Source: Diplonema japonicum (lineage: Eukaryota; Protista; Euglenozoa: Diplonemea). From it: DNA of 64,000 nucleotides. The stretch is taken from the NCBI GenBank assembly GCA_964019335.1, contig OZ025660.1:124001-188000 (forward strand), written 5' to 3'. Below the pieces are notes generated by a model that was given only the letters and a program-made list of their open reading frames with translations, did not search any database and was not told where the DNA came from. Below, in pieces: positions 23,865 to 34,332 of the stretch; position 1 is the stretch's first letter, and each line of letters opens with the position of its first letter. A program made the translations under genes and the position numbers.

Positions 23865-24017
23865 TTAGAGATTCTTCTTTGCCTGTGGTGATGTTGTGAC
23901 CTTCTTCTTTGACCCAAACAGGGCTTTACTAAGCAGATGCCACACAACTGCAGGCACAAGCACCACAAAGGCGATGCTTGCTACGACATCGCTGAAGCTT
24001 ACAACATGCACCCCCAT
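23865..24017 (-). CDS. 50-aa single-pass membrane microprotein (below the ORF-track cut-off)
   Basis: MGVHVVSFSDVVASIAFVVLVPAVVWHLLSKALFGSKKKVTTSPQAKKNL*: a hydrophobic helix followed by a basic tail. Confidence 0.5.
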   Translation of the reverse strand: MGVHVVSFSDVVASIAFVVLVPAVVWHLLSKALFGSKKKVTTSPQAKKNL

Positions 24018-24179
24018 TTTTCTTTTTCCCTCCCGCTTCCCTTTTCTTTTTCTCTTGCTTCACAAACAAAAAAAAATTTCAGGGGAAAAAAAAAAAAAAG
24101 AAAATTTCTTTTTTTTTTCTTTTGTGGTGAATGTGGGATAATAAAACAAAAAAACAAAAAACGTTGTTTTTTTTTCCCT

Positions 24180-25199
24180 CTATTTCTTCGATTTCTTAGT
24201 TTTCTTCTTCGCTTTCTTCGGCTTGCTCTTTTCCTCTTCTTCATCTTCGGTGACCCAGTCCTCCTCGTTAGTGTCGCAGGCGCCTAGGTAGAGCTTCAAC
24301 GCATTAGGGATGATGGAGTCCTTGAAGGTCTTCCCTATGGCATGGTCCAGCTCGAGCAGTTCAGCGTCTTCTTGGTTGAGCGCATTGACACCCGGCTCAG
24401 GCGACGCCTCATGAACAATGGTGTCGAAGAAAATGAAAAAAGAGTCATCTGAATCTGGGGCAGTGCCAGCAGTCCACACGATGGGTGTCCCAGTAGAGCT
24501 GAGGATGGTCTCTGTCCCACTCCCGTCGTCGACCTGGGGAGACACCTCGTACACCTTCTCAAGGGTAAGGGTCTTCATGAAAGGGTTTTCAGCGAAATGC
24601 ATGGTTATGACAAACCCACTACCTGAACGTTTCTCCCCAGGGTCCTCTCCATTTAACATCTTCATTTTCTGCTCGAACGTAGGGTATGACGACGACTCCA
24701 CGTGCGTCAGGTAGGCTAAGAGCTTCTCGTCTTCCTTTGTGATGACCTCAGATGCTAGTGGGTCGCTCTTCAGGACTGTCAGCCAGAACTGTGGTACTTT
24801 CTCGACAAGCTTCCTCCGTTGTGCGTGGAGGGGTTCTAGTCTACGCTCGTTGTTTAGGTCAACAAGGCTTCTTCCTAAGATATGGTCTTTTGCAATGGTT
24901 AGCCGTTTCTCATCTAGAGCTTGTAGTGCACTTACCCTTGCCCTGACACCTGTTGGAAGTGATGCAATGAAATCTTTCGGGTTTATCAAGCTTTTCATTC
25001 CTTTTTCTAGGTCGTCCATGCCCATGTCCATGCCCATGTCCATTCCCATTCCTCCTGACATTAGGTTGGCCATCATCCCCAAGCCCATGCCCATTTCACC
25101 CATTGCGCCTATGTCCATGCCCCCCAACATTTGTTCGAGGATAGCTTCCTCGCTATTTGCTGCCTTTCCGCCACGACTTTTGTGCTTTCCCTTTTTCAT
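24180..25199 (-). CDS. Nucleosome assembly protein (NAP1/SET family)
   Basis: LP..V..RV.AL..L, VPQFWLTVL, IT.EDE.LL.YL, F.ITMHF.ENPF....L.KVY, I.W, SFF.FF and IIP.A; acidic/basic tail. Confidence 0.92.
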   Translation of the reverse strand: MKKGKHKSRGGKAANSEEAILEQMLGGMDIGAMGEMGMGLGMMANLMSGGMGMDMGMDMGMDDLEKGMKSLINPKDFIASLPTGVRARVSALQALDEKRLTIAKDHILGRSLVDLNNERRLEPLHAQRRKLVEKVPQFWLTVLKSDPLASEVITKEDEKLLAYLTHVESSSYPTFEQKMKMLNGEDPGEKRSGSGFVITMHFAENPFMKTLTLEKVYEVSPQVDDGSGTETILSSTGTPIVWTAGTAPDSDDSFFIFFDTIVHEASPEPGVNALNQEDAELLELDHAIGKTFKDSIIPNALKLYLGACDTNEEDWVTEDEEEEKSKPKKAKKKTKKSKK

Positions 25200-25872
25200 T
25201 TTTTTTTTTTTTTTTTTTTTTTTGCTTTTCTTTTCTTTTGTTTGCAACGCCTCTCCCCCTCCGCACTTCCCCCTTTCCTTTTTCTTGTGTTGGTACTTAC
25301 CCAATTATTGTCATTTCTTTTCTCCTTTCCTTCATTTTCTTCGAGAAGCATCATACATATAAGAGTTTAGGGAGGTCCTTGAGAGACTCCTTTTTCTTTT
25401 TTTTTTATTCTCGAGAGGTACCGTACACATTGGGCAGTAGGAAGGATTTCGAAGTCGGGAGAGAGGGGGGAGGGGGGGGGGAGAAAATGAATCTTCTTTT
25501 CATTTCTTTTTCTTCTCCTTCTTCCCCTTGTCATGTTCTTTTTGTTGAAAAAAAAAAACTACACACTACCTTTTCTTTTCTTTCTTTCTTCTTCTTTCTT
25601 GTCTCCCGTTTCCCGTCAAGTACGACCTCATGGAAAATAAAATCTCAGGTGGGGGGGGGGGGGGGGGGTGAGGGGAGCATCTCTTGTGTTTTTGCTTCTC
25701 TTCTCGTGACAGAACAAGAGAAGAGAAAATCGATGGAGGGGTAAAGCGCCCCCCTTTTTCTTTTTCCAAGTTCTTCGGTCGGACATTAGAAACGAAGAAA
25801 AAAAGAAAAAAATAACCAACAACCCCCCTTTTTACTCCTTCTCTTTAACCTTCTCTCTTACTATATGGCACA

Positions 25873-26863
25873 CTATATATGGGTTGGGGGCATATCCGTT
25901 TTCAAATTACTAACATCTTCACCTTTATTATTATTTTTATTTTTCTTTGAAAGCAAAAAAAAAAAAAAAAAAAAAAAAAGAAAATATCAAACCTGTGAAC
26001 CATTGCATCCAAGTAGGTTTTTGCTTTGGCTGGTAATATCCGAGAGGAGAAGTAGATGCAGCGGGGGGGAGGGACTGGTTAGGTTGCTGAGGTGGGGAGG
26101 AAGGAGCGGCCGTTATGTTGTGATGGGAGAGGAGCTGCCGAAGCTGTTGGTTGTCGCATCTAAGCTCTGTGATGATGCCGTCCCGTACCTGAACATCCTT
26201 TAGGGCGGTGTTCAGACGGTACTTGAGGGTTTGTATCTGTTTTTGAAGCTGAGCGGTGTCATCCCCATCAACACTAGGAGGCCTGTCGCTCTGGTCCTTT
26301 TCCTCTTCGATCTTCTTTCCAACGACCCAAGCCCCTCGTTGCCCGTCAGGACATGTATGGTTGACATGTCTGCCCCAGTCTTCATTGCATCTTGTACAGA
26401 CCCTCTTGGTGTGCCGTGTCACGCACGAGATGTCACATGTTAACAGCTCCGCTTCGTCTTTCTGTTCCTCATCCTTCTGGGGCTCGTCAGGTGTGGGTGT
26501 GGGTGTTGAGGGTTTTCGTTCTCCTTCCTCATGTTCCACTTCTCGCAGGCACCAGTCAGAATGCAGCTCTTCAACCGTTTTCGTGAAATACACCATCGCC
26601 TCAAACACGCTCATGTCCCCCAGCTCTGTCCATGCAGACCACTTCGCCTTCTCCTTCGCGTCCCACCACGACGGCGATGGTTCGTTGTTCTTCCCGTTCT
26701 TCCCCTGCTGCTTCAGCGCGTACAGCAACAACCTCTGCTGCAATGACAGCACCGTCCCGTCGCTGTCCAAAGGCAGCTCTCTCTCTTGAAACCTCACACA
26801 GTACTCAAACTTCTCAGGGAAGCCCATCGTCAAGGCCCGCTCTTCCACCGCGGGCTGCCCCAT
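25873..26863 (-). CDS. Acyl-CoA-binding domain protein with a Cys/His module and coiled coil; probable 3' intron
   Basis: RLLLYALKQQG..G....PSWWD...KAKW.AW..LG.MS..EAM..F...V is the ACBP motif; also CTRC..WG.H..H.C. Predicted intron 25923-25992 replaces the poly-F tail with GEDVSNLKTDMPPTHI*. Confidence 0.85.
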
Positions 26864-26883
26864 TGCGCTCCTTGTTATTATTG

Positions 26884-26915
<32 letters not shown>

Positions 26916-26961
26916 CGTACAATGGAAGAAATGCTAAAAAATATATGTAAAAAGAAAAAGG

Positions 26962-27622
26962 TCAATATGATGTCTTTGCCTTTTTAACTGGCGGTTCCGG
27001 TGACACAACCGGGAAGGTGAAGCGCATCTGCTGGCCAACGAAGAGTTTCTGTTTTTCTTTTGTTTTTCTTTTCCCCCTTCTTTGCCAATACCTTCGGAAT
27101 AGGATCACCTGTTGTGGTGTCTCGCTGCGATTTCTTGGGAGCCTTGTTGAGGAGAAACCAACGGAGGGAGAAGTGGGGACGCCTCAGAGGGGTGTGTTTT
27201 ATCGCCTCAGCGACCTGGGGTGTGTGGACGAGAGAACCCAATGAGGAAGCGGGTATGTTAAGAGAGGGGGAAGGGGTAGGAACTGACACCGGACGGGAGG
27301 TGGTGTTCTGGCTTGCGGCAGGGAGGGTCTCCCTTTTCACCACGCGTACCCACATCCCGTCCACCACCTCTGAAGCATTCTTCGCCAAGGCTAAGTTTGT
27401 CTCCTTCCCAGATGAATACTGCAGCCACAGCTCCCCTGCGAACACACGGTCAAACACCACAACACCATACTGCCTAAATCCCACCAACACCCTAGCCACC
27501 TCCCCTGCAGGGATTCCACTCACACATACATACGGCTCACTAGAACCTTTCGCCTCTTCCCGTGGCTCGAACCCATGCCCGTACCCATACCCGTCCCCAC
27601 TGCCGAAGAAGCCTTGGCTCAT
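26962..27622 (-). CDS. Nup35/Nup53-type RRM protein; probable 3' intron
   Basis: YVCVSGIP....RVL..F.QYG.V......LWLQYSS......AL.KN...V..MW.V matches the Nup53 RRM pattern. Candidate intron 27049-27091. Confidence 0.6.
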
Positions 27623-27777
27623 CCTTCCTAAGAGTGTGTTGACATATCTGGTGTCGTCCAAACATATAAAAAGCTTGATACGCAGCACTACTGACACTTA
27701 AGGTAAAGGGGGAAGGCCACCTTTTCTTTTTTTCTTTCTTCTTTTCTTTTTTATATTCAAAACTTAACTTTTCTTGG

Positions 27778-28824
27778 TTAGTTTGAAGGTGTCTTATGCG
27801 CGAAAGTCAAGTAACCGGTGTGGCCCCTGCTCGTTGCCACTGGTACAAGGAGCTTCTTAGTGGCTGTCTTCTCCACGGGCTCGTGTTTTGGTTCCTCAGG
27901 GGTAGGGGAAGGAGGGGGTGTGGTGTCCTCTGGTTCGTCTTCATCAGCTTTGCGTTTCTTCCCAGTCCTGCATGTCGTGTCCGCGTTGAAAAGGCCGCGG
28001 TACCGGGGGGTGTGCTCCATGAAGTCCCTCTTCAGGACCTCATGCGTGCGTATGTGCGCGAAACCCAGGTCGGCTAGGCTCTCGCATACCTTTTGTACCT
28101 GTTTTGAAGATTTTGTCTATCCCCCCCAAAAAAAAACCTGTTCTATGCACGGTGAGTAGTTGCAGAAGATACCGTCATGCCGCAGCGTCTTGTGCACGGC
28201 GTTGCACGCCAGCCATGGCGAGGGCACGTCGAGGAACACTGCGTCCGAGGTGGCTGGTGGGAGACCGAAGCCCCACTCCTCGTCCTTCATCCCCTCCTCG
28301 TACTGCTTGCACACGTCTCGGTGGCTGGCAGAGATGACTCCCTCTAACCCATGCTCTTTGAACTCCTTGGCCGCTGCCTGCGAACGTGATTCATGGAAAT
28401 CCATCGTGTGCAGCCTTCCTGTAGGATACACGGCACGTGCTAGTGAGTGGCTCAACGAACCCGACCCCGTGCCTGCCTCGACTACCACTTTTCCTGGCTT
28501 TAAATTCAGCCTTGTGCACACCACAGCAATGTCGCATGCGTACAAAATCTGCGTCCTGTGAGGCAGGCACTCCGTCCACATCTCCATTGTTGGTTTCAGT
28601 AGAAACGCTGACACATCCCACTCCCCCTGCCTGTCCTTCACCTTCATTTCCACCTTGTCGCCGTACCTCTTCCCCAGTAGCACATCGTGCTTCCACCTTC
28701 CGTACTTGCAATACGTCCATTCCCCTTTCTTCAATGTCGCAAACTTCTTACACGTGAACCCCTCATACACGATCACAGGGCTCCCTTCCCGCAGCACGTC
28801 GTTGCTGTCTGCGCTGCACAACAT
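27778..28824 (-). CDS. TRM61: tRNA (adenine-58-N1) methyltransferase catalytic subunit; 1 intron
   Basis: LPHRTQILY, VEAGTGSGSLSHS, DFH, RDVC, DAVFLDVPSPW and YSPCIEQ|VQ joined through intron 28099-28137 to the C-terminal GHTGYLTFA. Confidence 0.95.
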
Positions 28825-28904
28825 CTTCTCTGCAGTGGTGGTGGCATGATGTAATGAAGAATTAAATAAATAAATGCGAGATTGTTGTGCTTGCAGGGTG
28901 TGGC

Positions 28905-30525
28905 TCAGGCCACGGTCCCACCCAGCACCTTATCAATGTCCGCCACGTCCTGTTGTAACACCCTCAGTGCCTCGGAGTGCTCGTCGCTGTCTACGAAGGT
29001 TGTGGAAATCTTCTTGTTGATGCTTTCTATCTGCCCCTGCAGCCTGTCCCTCGTCTGTCTGCCCTCCCTTTCAAGGCGTGCTGTGTAAAGCTGCACTGTC
29101 TCCTTCACTGTAGTGCGCTGCTGGTCCGTGAGCACCACCACCGCGTGTGCCGCATCCAGGGGTCTGCTGTCGAAGTCCAGCGAGCGCTGCGAGTCGAGGT
29201 AGTGCGCAACGAGGCTCTTCTCGCTGTCCAGCTCCGCAACCCTCGCCCTGATCGCAGAAGGGAGGTCCAGCGCCGCCTTCTGTTGCGCCTCTTCCTTCAG
29301 TGCCTCCTTCCTCGCTGCAACCTCTTCCAGCCTCGCCTTCATGGCGCGCGTCATCTCGTCCGCCGCCGCCCGCTCTGACGCGTGCCGCTCCCCGAGCTCC
29401 TTCAGGAGCTGGCCCTGCTCCACCAGCGCCGCCTGTACGTCCTTCTCCCTTTTCTCAGCTTCTGCGACCCGGCCCTTTCCTGCCTCCGCCTGCTGCCTCG
29501 TCTCCTTCACCTCTGCCTCCTGCGCTACCAGACCCTCCCTCTCCGTCCCCGTCTGCTTCTGCAACGCTTCCAGCAGCTTCTTCCCCTCCTCCGCCTTCAA
29601 GCGCCCCTCCGCCGCCTGCCTCTCCAGGTCGTGCGTCACTGCCAACACCTCCGACACGTTCGTCGCCATCACGCGCGCCGCCTTCATCGCCTCCCTGTAG
29701 TGGTCCCCCGCCGCGAGGAGCGACACCCCCAGCTCCTTCCTCACCAGCGGGTCCCTGTAAAGCTCCTCCACCACGTTGCAGTGTTTCGAGAGCCTCGCGT
29801 GCCTGTCGGCGTAGGTGTGGCGACTCTGTGGCCCTGCGCTCCCTCCTTCTTCTTCTGCTGCGGTCTCCGTCGCTGCTGTCAGCACCTCCTCCTCCCTGTC
29901 CATCTCCTCCAGCACCTCCGCAGTCTTCTGCAGCTTCTTCCTCTGCTCCACCACCTTGTCCACCTCAGGGTACCGAAGAAGAAGAAGCTTCTTTTCCGCT
30001 CCCCCTTCTTCACACAGCAGCGCTTCCTCCAGCTCCTTCTTCCTCCTCTCCAGGAACTCGGGGTCCAAAGGCTGGTCCGCCGGGAGCGACGGGTTCTCCA
30101 TCCTCAGCATGCGCTGTCCCTCGGCCACCTGCTCTGCGAAGTGCCTCTGCGCTTGCCCACACACCCCTTCCCACGTCCTCTCCACCTTCTCCACCCCCTC
30201 CTCCAGAAGGGCTCCCGACTGCTTGTACCTCTGCACCTGCTCCTTCGCTCCCTCCACAGCCTTCTCCAGCACCCCCCAGCTCCTCTCTCATCGCTGTGTT
30301 CCCTTCACGGAGTTCTGTCTCGTGCGCCTCTACCTTCCCCTTCTCCCCGCTCACCGTGTCGCACACCTCCTCCAATCGGGCCAACGTCTTCCCCTCCTCG
30401 TCCACCTGCGTCTGCAGCGCCTCCTCCATCCTCGACGACGTCACCAGCTGCGTTGCCTTCGCCTTCAGCTCCTCGTACATGTCGGTCGCCACCTTCGCCG
30501 GATTCAGGGCCTGCTGAGCCATCAT
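28905..30525 (-). CDS. Long GC-rich coiled-coil protein; split by an apparent +1 G in a G6 run (30272-30277)
   Basis: ORFs 30010..30561 and 28905..30272 join as ...MREELGVLEKAVE... if one G is removed. E/A/K-rich heptads. Confidence 0.75.
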
Positions 30526-30557
30526 TGTGTGGCTGACATGCAATTCAAAACAATACT

Positions 30558-30647
30558 GCAAAGCAAATAAGAAAGAAAAAGAAGAAGAAGAAGAAGAAGG
30601 AGAAGGAGAAGAAGAAGGAGAAGAAGAAGGAGAAGAAGAAGAAGAGG
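30558..30647 (-). promoter_or_regulatory. (CTT/CTC)n polypyrimidine tract plus CAG: probable trans-splice acceptor for the coiled-coil gene
   Basis: Plus-strand (GAA)n microsatellite followed on the minus strand by TTTGCTTTGCAG about 30 nt before the ATG. Confidence 0.55.
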
Positions 30648-31139
30648 TTAAACACTTTAAAACCTAAAAGGGGCAATCAGTGAATACCTTTTTCAAATTT
30701 TCGACAATAAGAAAATCTTGCATTTAAATCGTATGCACAAGCGTCAAAAACATAGAAAAACCGCAAGCATCACAGACTAACACTGCCACCGACCTCAGGG
30801 AAAAAAAAACAGGAAAAATCAGCACAACACCCCTAGAACATTATCACGACACATATTTCACACCACTAAACCGCGTCCTTTGGAGTACAGGTGCCTTGGC
30901 TGCCTTTTCTCTTGTTATTTTCTTTTTTTCTTTTTTCGGTTCTTTCTAAAAAAAAGAGGAAAAAAACCAGGCTTCCGAAAAAGTAAAACCGACGCGGAAG
31001 AAACAAAAAAAAAAAAAAAAGAACGTTTGCATTTTTGGAAAAAAAGAGGCCACAGATTGGGATAACAATAAAAAAAAAAAAAAAAAAACAGCCTTCCCTT
31101 TTCCCCCTTAAAGAAAACATAAAAAAAAAAAAAAAAACC

Positions 31140-31646
31140 TATGAACTCGTCCGGAAAAATGTCAACAAACGGCCCTCCACTGCAGCGGCAAAACCCCGTT
31201 AAATTTCTAAGTAGTCCATTTTGTGTGCAGAACAACCGTCTACATGTGTGCATCATAGCGGTCACAACGCACACCGTTTGTCTCATTTAGAATTGGTTTT
31301 TCAGGAAAGTGGGCCAAGTCCCTTAGGAACCCCTTGAAAAGTCCATAAAAAACCGGATTTTCCGGGGCTCTGCGGCACCATAAGTTTTTCGCAAAGTACT
31401 TTTAACAGTAACTCGACCCTGGGTTGTTTGTACCTAGGGGTCACAAGTCTGATATTTCAAGCTTCAAAATTGCATTTTTAAATGCCATTTTTCAGACCTC
31501 TGTTTTTCGCTTACCCACACCATCTTCCTGTGGTTGCATGCTGCCCCCCCCCCCTTTTTTTTTCTTTTGTTTGCTCAAATAATCAAAACGAAAAAAAAAA
31601 AAAAAAATCTTTTTTTTTCGACATTTTTAATCCGGCCGAGCTCATA
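31140..31646. mobile_element. TA-flanked MITE, family A copy 1
   Basis: TA|TGAACTCGTCCGGA...TCCGGCCGAGCTCA|TA. Both ends and the subterminal sequence are homologous to 61458-61681. Confidence 0.8.
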
Positions 31647-31649
31647 CAT

Positions 31650-32207
31650 CTAACGGTTCGAAAGCTCTGAATACAGCTCGTCCTTTAGGTTATTGTTGGC
31701 CAGCGGGCTTTTTGAGATACAAAGTGCAGCATTGAAAGCATTGGCGGTGAGGGTCTTGGACCTTCTGTCAATAATGCGAGCGTTTAGGAAAGCTGTCCGC
31801 AAAAGCGACTCAAGAGTTTGCTGGAACGAGAGTACAGCTGTACTTGAGAGGGATGACGCGAGGCTGAACTCATCTTTCGCAGACCTCATCAAGGAGCGGA
31901 CTCGAGCCTTCTTGAACACCACTCGAGGAGGGGGCACAGTGATAGTCATGTCCGCTCGCTTTCCAAAGAGCTTTCTAAAGCTGTCAGAGGTGAGGGCCTT
32001 CGCGGCATCATCAGCTGTCACTACCTTGTTAGGGCACTCCTCCAAAATCAACTTTGTAACCGACTCCAGCATTGAAGAAATTGCGACTTTTGCAGGGGTG
32101 CTTACTTTGACGTTTCGAATCTCCTTCACCCATGTGCCCACTCCAGTCGGGTTGATGGGCATCTTGTACTTTGGCTTGCGGCTCTTTTTCGTTTGCGTTC
32201 GTGGCAT
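31650..32207 (-). CDS. Tandem histone-fold (H2A-like + H3-like) protein
   Basis: Basic tail PRTQTKKSRK. Fold 1 is KVSTPAKVAISSMLE.V..LILE..NK.VT.DD...AL..D.F.KLFG. Fold 2 is FKKARVRSLMR....F......S.AV..FQ..LE..L...F..A......KTLT...F..A. Confidence 0.7.
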   Translation of the reverse strand: MPRTQTKKSRKPKYKMPINPTGVGTWVKEIRNVKVSTPAKVAISSMLESVTKLILEECPNKVVTADDAAKALTSDSFRKLFGKRADMTITVPPPRVVFKKARVRSLMRSAKDEFSLASSLSSTAVLSFQQTLESLLRTAFLNARIIDRRSKTLTANAFNAALCISKSPLANNNLKDELYSELSNR

Positions 32208-33419
32208 CTTTTTTTTTTTTTGTTGCTGTTTTTTTTTTTTTCTTTAAATTTCTGCACGTATAAAAAAAGAAAAAAAAAAAGAAGAAACAATAAAAATAAA
32301 AAAAAAAAAATAAAAAAAAAAGAAGCATGAAAAAGAAAAAAAAACTTTTTTTTTTTCTTCCCCCCCGAATTCTTTTTCCCCGCTCCATTTTCTTTTTTTC
32401 ATTTTCTTCTTTTTTCTTACTGGGGAAAAAAAAGGGGGGGGGGAGGGAAGTGAGGAATTGAAACAAAAGGAAGAAAAAGAAAAGGAGGTTAACACACAAG
32501 AAAGGCGGTGTTTAATGACAAATCCCACGAGGATCACCCTTAGGGGGTCTATCTTTGATTAAACTCCTGGGAAAAAAAAAAGGGAAAAAAAGAGGAATTC
32601 TTTTTTTTTTTTTTTTTTTTATTTGAGAGTTTTTCCTCCTTTTCTTTCCCAGATATGGTGGTATAAGTTGCTTGCAAACCCACCGGAAGTCAAAAAAAAG
32701 AGAATAAAAAAAGAAGGAATAACAAGGAAGGATGTAGAACAAAGGAGAAGAAGAAAGGGTAAAGGAAAAAAAAAAAAAAAAAAAAAATAGTAGAGAGGGA
32801 AAAAGAAAAAACAAAAAAAAGGGGGGGTTGTTCTTTTCTTCTTTTTTCATACATTCATCTTTAAAAAGAGAGGGTTAAAAAAAGAAGAAAAAAATAAAAT
32901 AAAAGAGGGCGTTGGGAGTGGTACACTGCCACACTCGAACAAGGCTTCACACAGGGCTAGGGGGAACAGATAATGAACGCGCACCGCAAATCGACAGTAT
33001 AAAGATTTATCCCTCCACGTTGCTTAAGGAAGAAAAGGAAGAGGCCCCAGCACTAGCATTTCACGATAAAAACCCCAGCTGATAGGTCCTTCACCCTTAA
33101 TTTTTATTTTGTTTTATTTAAAGAGAGAGGGGGTAGAGGAATAGAAGGGAAGAGAAAAAAAAAAAAAACTTCTCTGAACTAAATCTGAAGGGGGGCGCGG
33201 GAGGAAGGAAGAAAAAAAAAGAGAGGAAACAAAAAAAAAATATAAAATAAAAAAAATGGGGAAAAAAAATTTTTTTTTTGTGTGGTTTAGTTGCTACGAA
33301 AAAAAAAAAAAAGTTTTTGAGACCGCCCCCTTGTTCTCATCCACTTTCCCCAGCAGTTCTCTCCTGCTTTGGTCTTGCCGCCTCTCTCAGCTTGGGCCGC
33401 TATTTCCCTTCTTTCAAAA

Positions 33420-33676
33420 TACTGTAAAACAATAAATTACCGAAAGTAAAAACTTCCGGCCGTCGGAGCTTCCGGTAATATTTACTTTTTTTTTCTTATT
33501 CGTATTTCTTTTTTTTTTTTTTTTTTCCCTTGTCCGGACGTATTTCTTCAAGCACCGTTTGGGGCCAGTATATAAAAAAAAAAAGGACCCCGGTGTTGGT
33601 GGCGTCCCGATAAAAAAAAAAAAAAAGGGAATGAGAAAGAATGGATTTTTGCCAAAAAAAAGATGAAGCAACTGCC

Positions 33677-33718
<42 letters not shown>

Positions 33719-34140
33719 GGTGTTTAAGGGCAAACCCCGCTCGTGGACCCTTTTTTTGGAGCCTCACTTTTTTCCGATTTGCGGACACCAGCGTTTTACC
33801 TAGACGGCCGATGCAGTCCCTCTTCAGACTGGTTTTCAGCTGTCTTGTGTCACTCGTGAGGTGAAGATCGGTCTCGTTGCACAAAAAAAAAAAAAAAAAA
33901 AAAAAAGAAATACTGTAAAACAATTAATTCCGGAAGAAACTGGTGAAAACCCAGCAATTATTCTTCCCCTTTTGGGAGGCCAATGAAGCCGTGCTGCTCA
34001 TAATAGACCACACCGCCACTACTCGCACCCCTTTGTACTCTGCCTTGTCCCTCCTGGTCTTACGCATTTATGCCAGCTGGATACATATTTTCTTTGCCAT
34101 TAAGAAGTTCTACTTCCGGTAATTTATTGTTTTTACAGTA
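33420..34140. mobile_element. TA-flanked Tc1/mariner-like MITE with ~34-bp TIR and an extra internal left end at 33911
   Basis: TACTGTAAAACAATAAATTACCGAAAGTAAAAACT (33420) versus the reverse complement of 34106-34140, TACTGTAAAAACAATAAATTACCGGAAGTAGAACT. A third copy TACTGTAAAACAATTAATTCCGGAAG starts at 33911. Confidence 0.75.
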
Positions 34141-34297
34141 AATAAAATATAAAAAAAAAATCATAATGAATAAGAGAGCATAAAATAGCATCCTGGCTTT
34201 TGAGGAAAAAAAGGGGGGAGGGGGACATTCTTTTGTTATTTTATGCAAAAGCCGGTTTATGACCGCTAAAAAAAAAAAACTTTTTTTTTCTTTTCTT

Positions 34298-34332
<35 letters not shown>

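Noticed and set aside
29300-30570. Long plus-strand ORFs
   Set aside because: They are antisense shadows of a GC3-rich minus-strand CDS; the same applies to plus-strand ORFs over the LINE and eIF4E.
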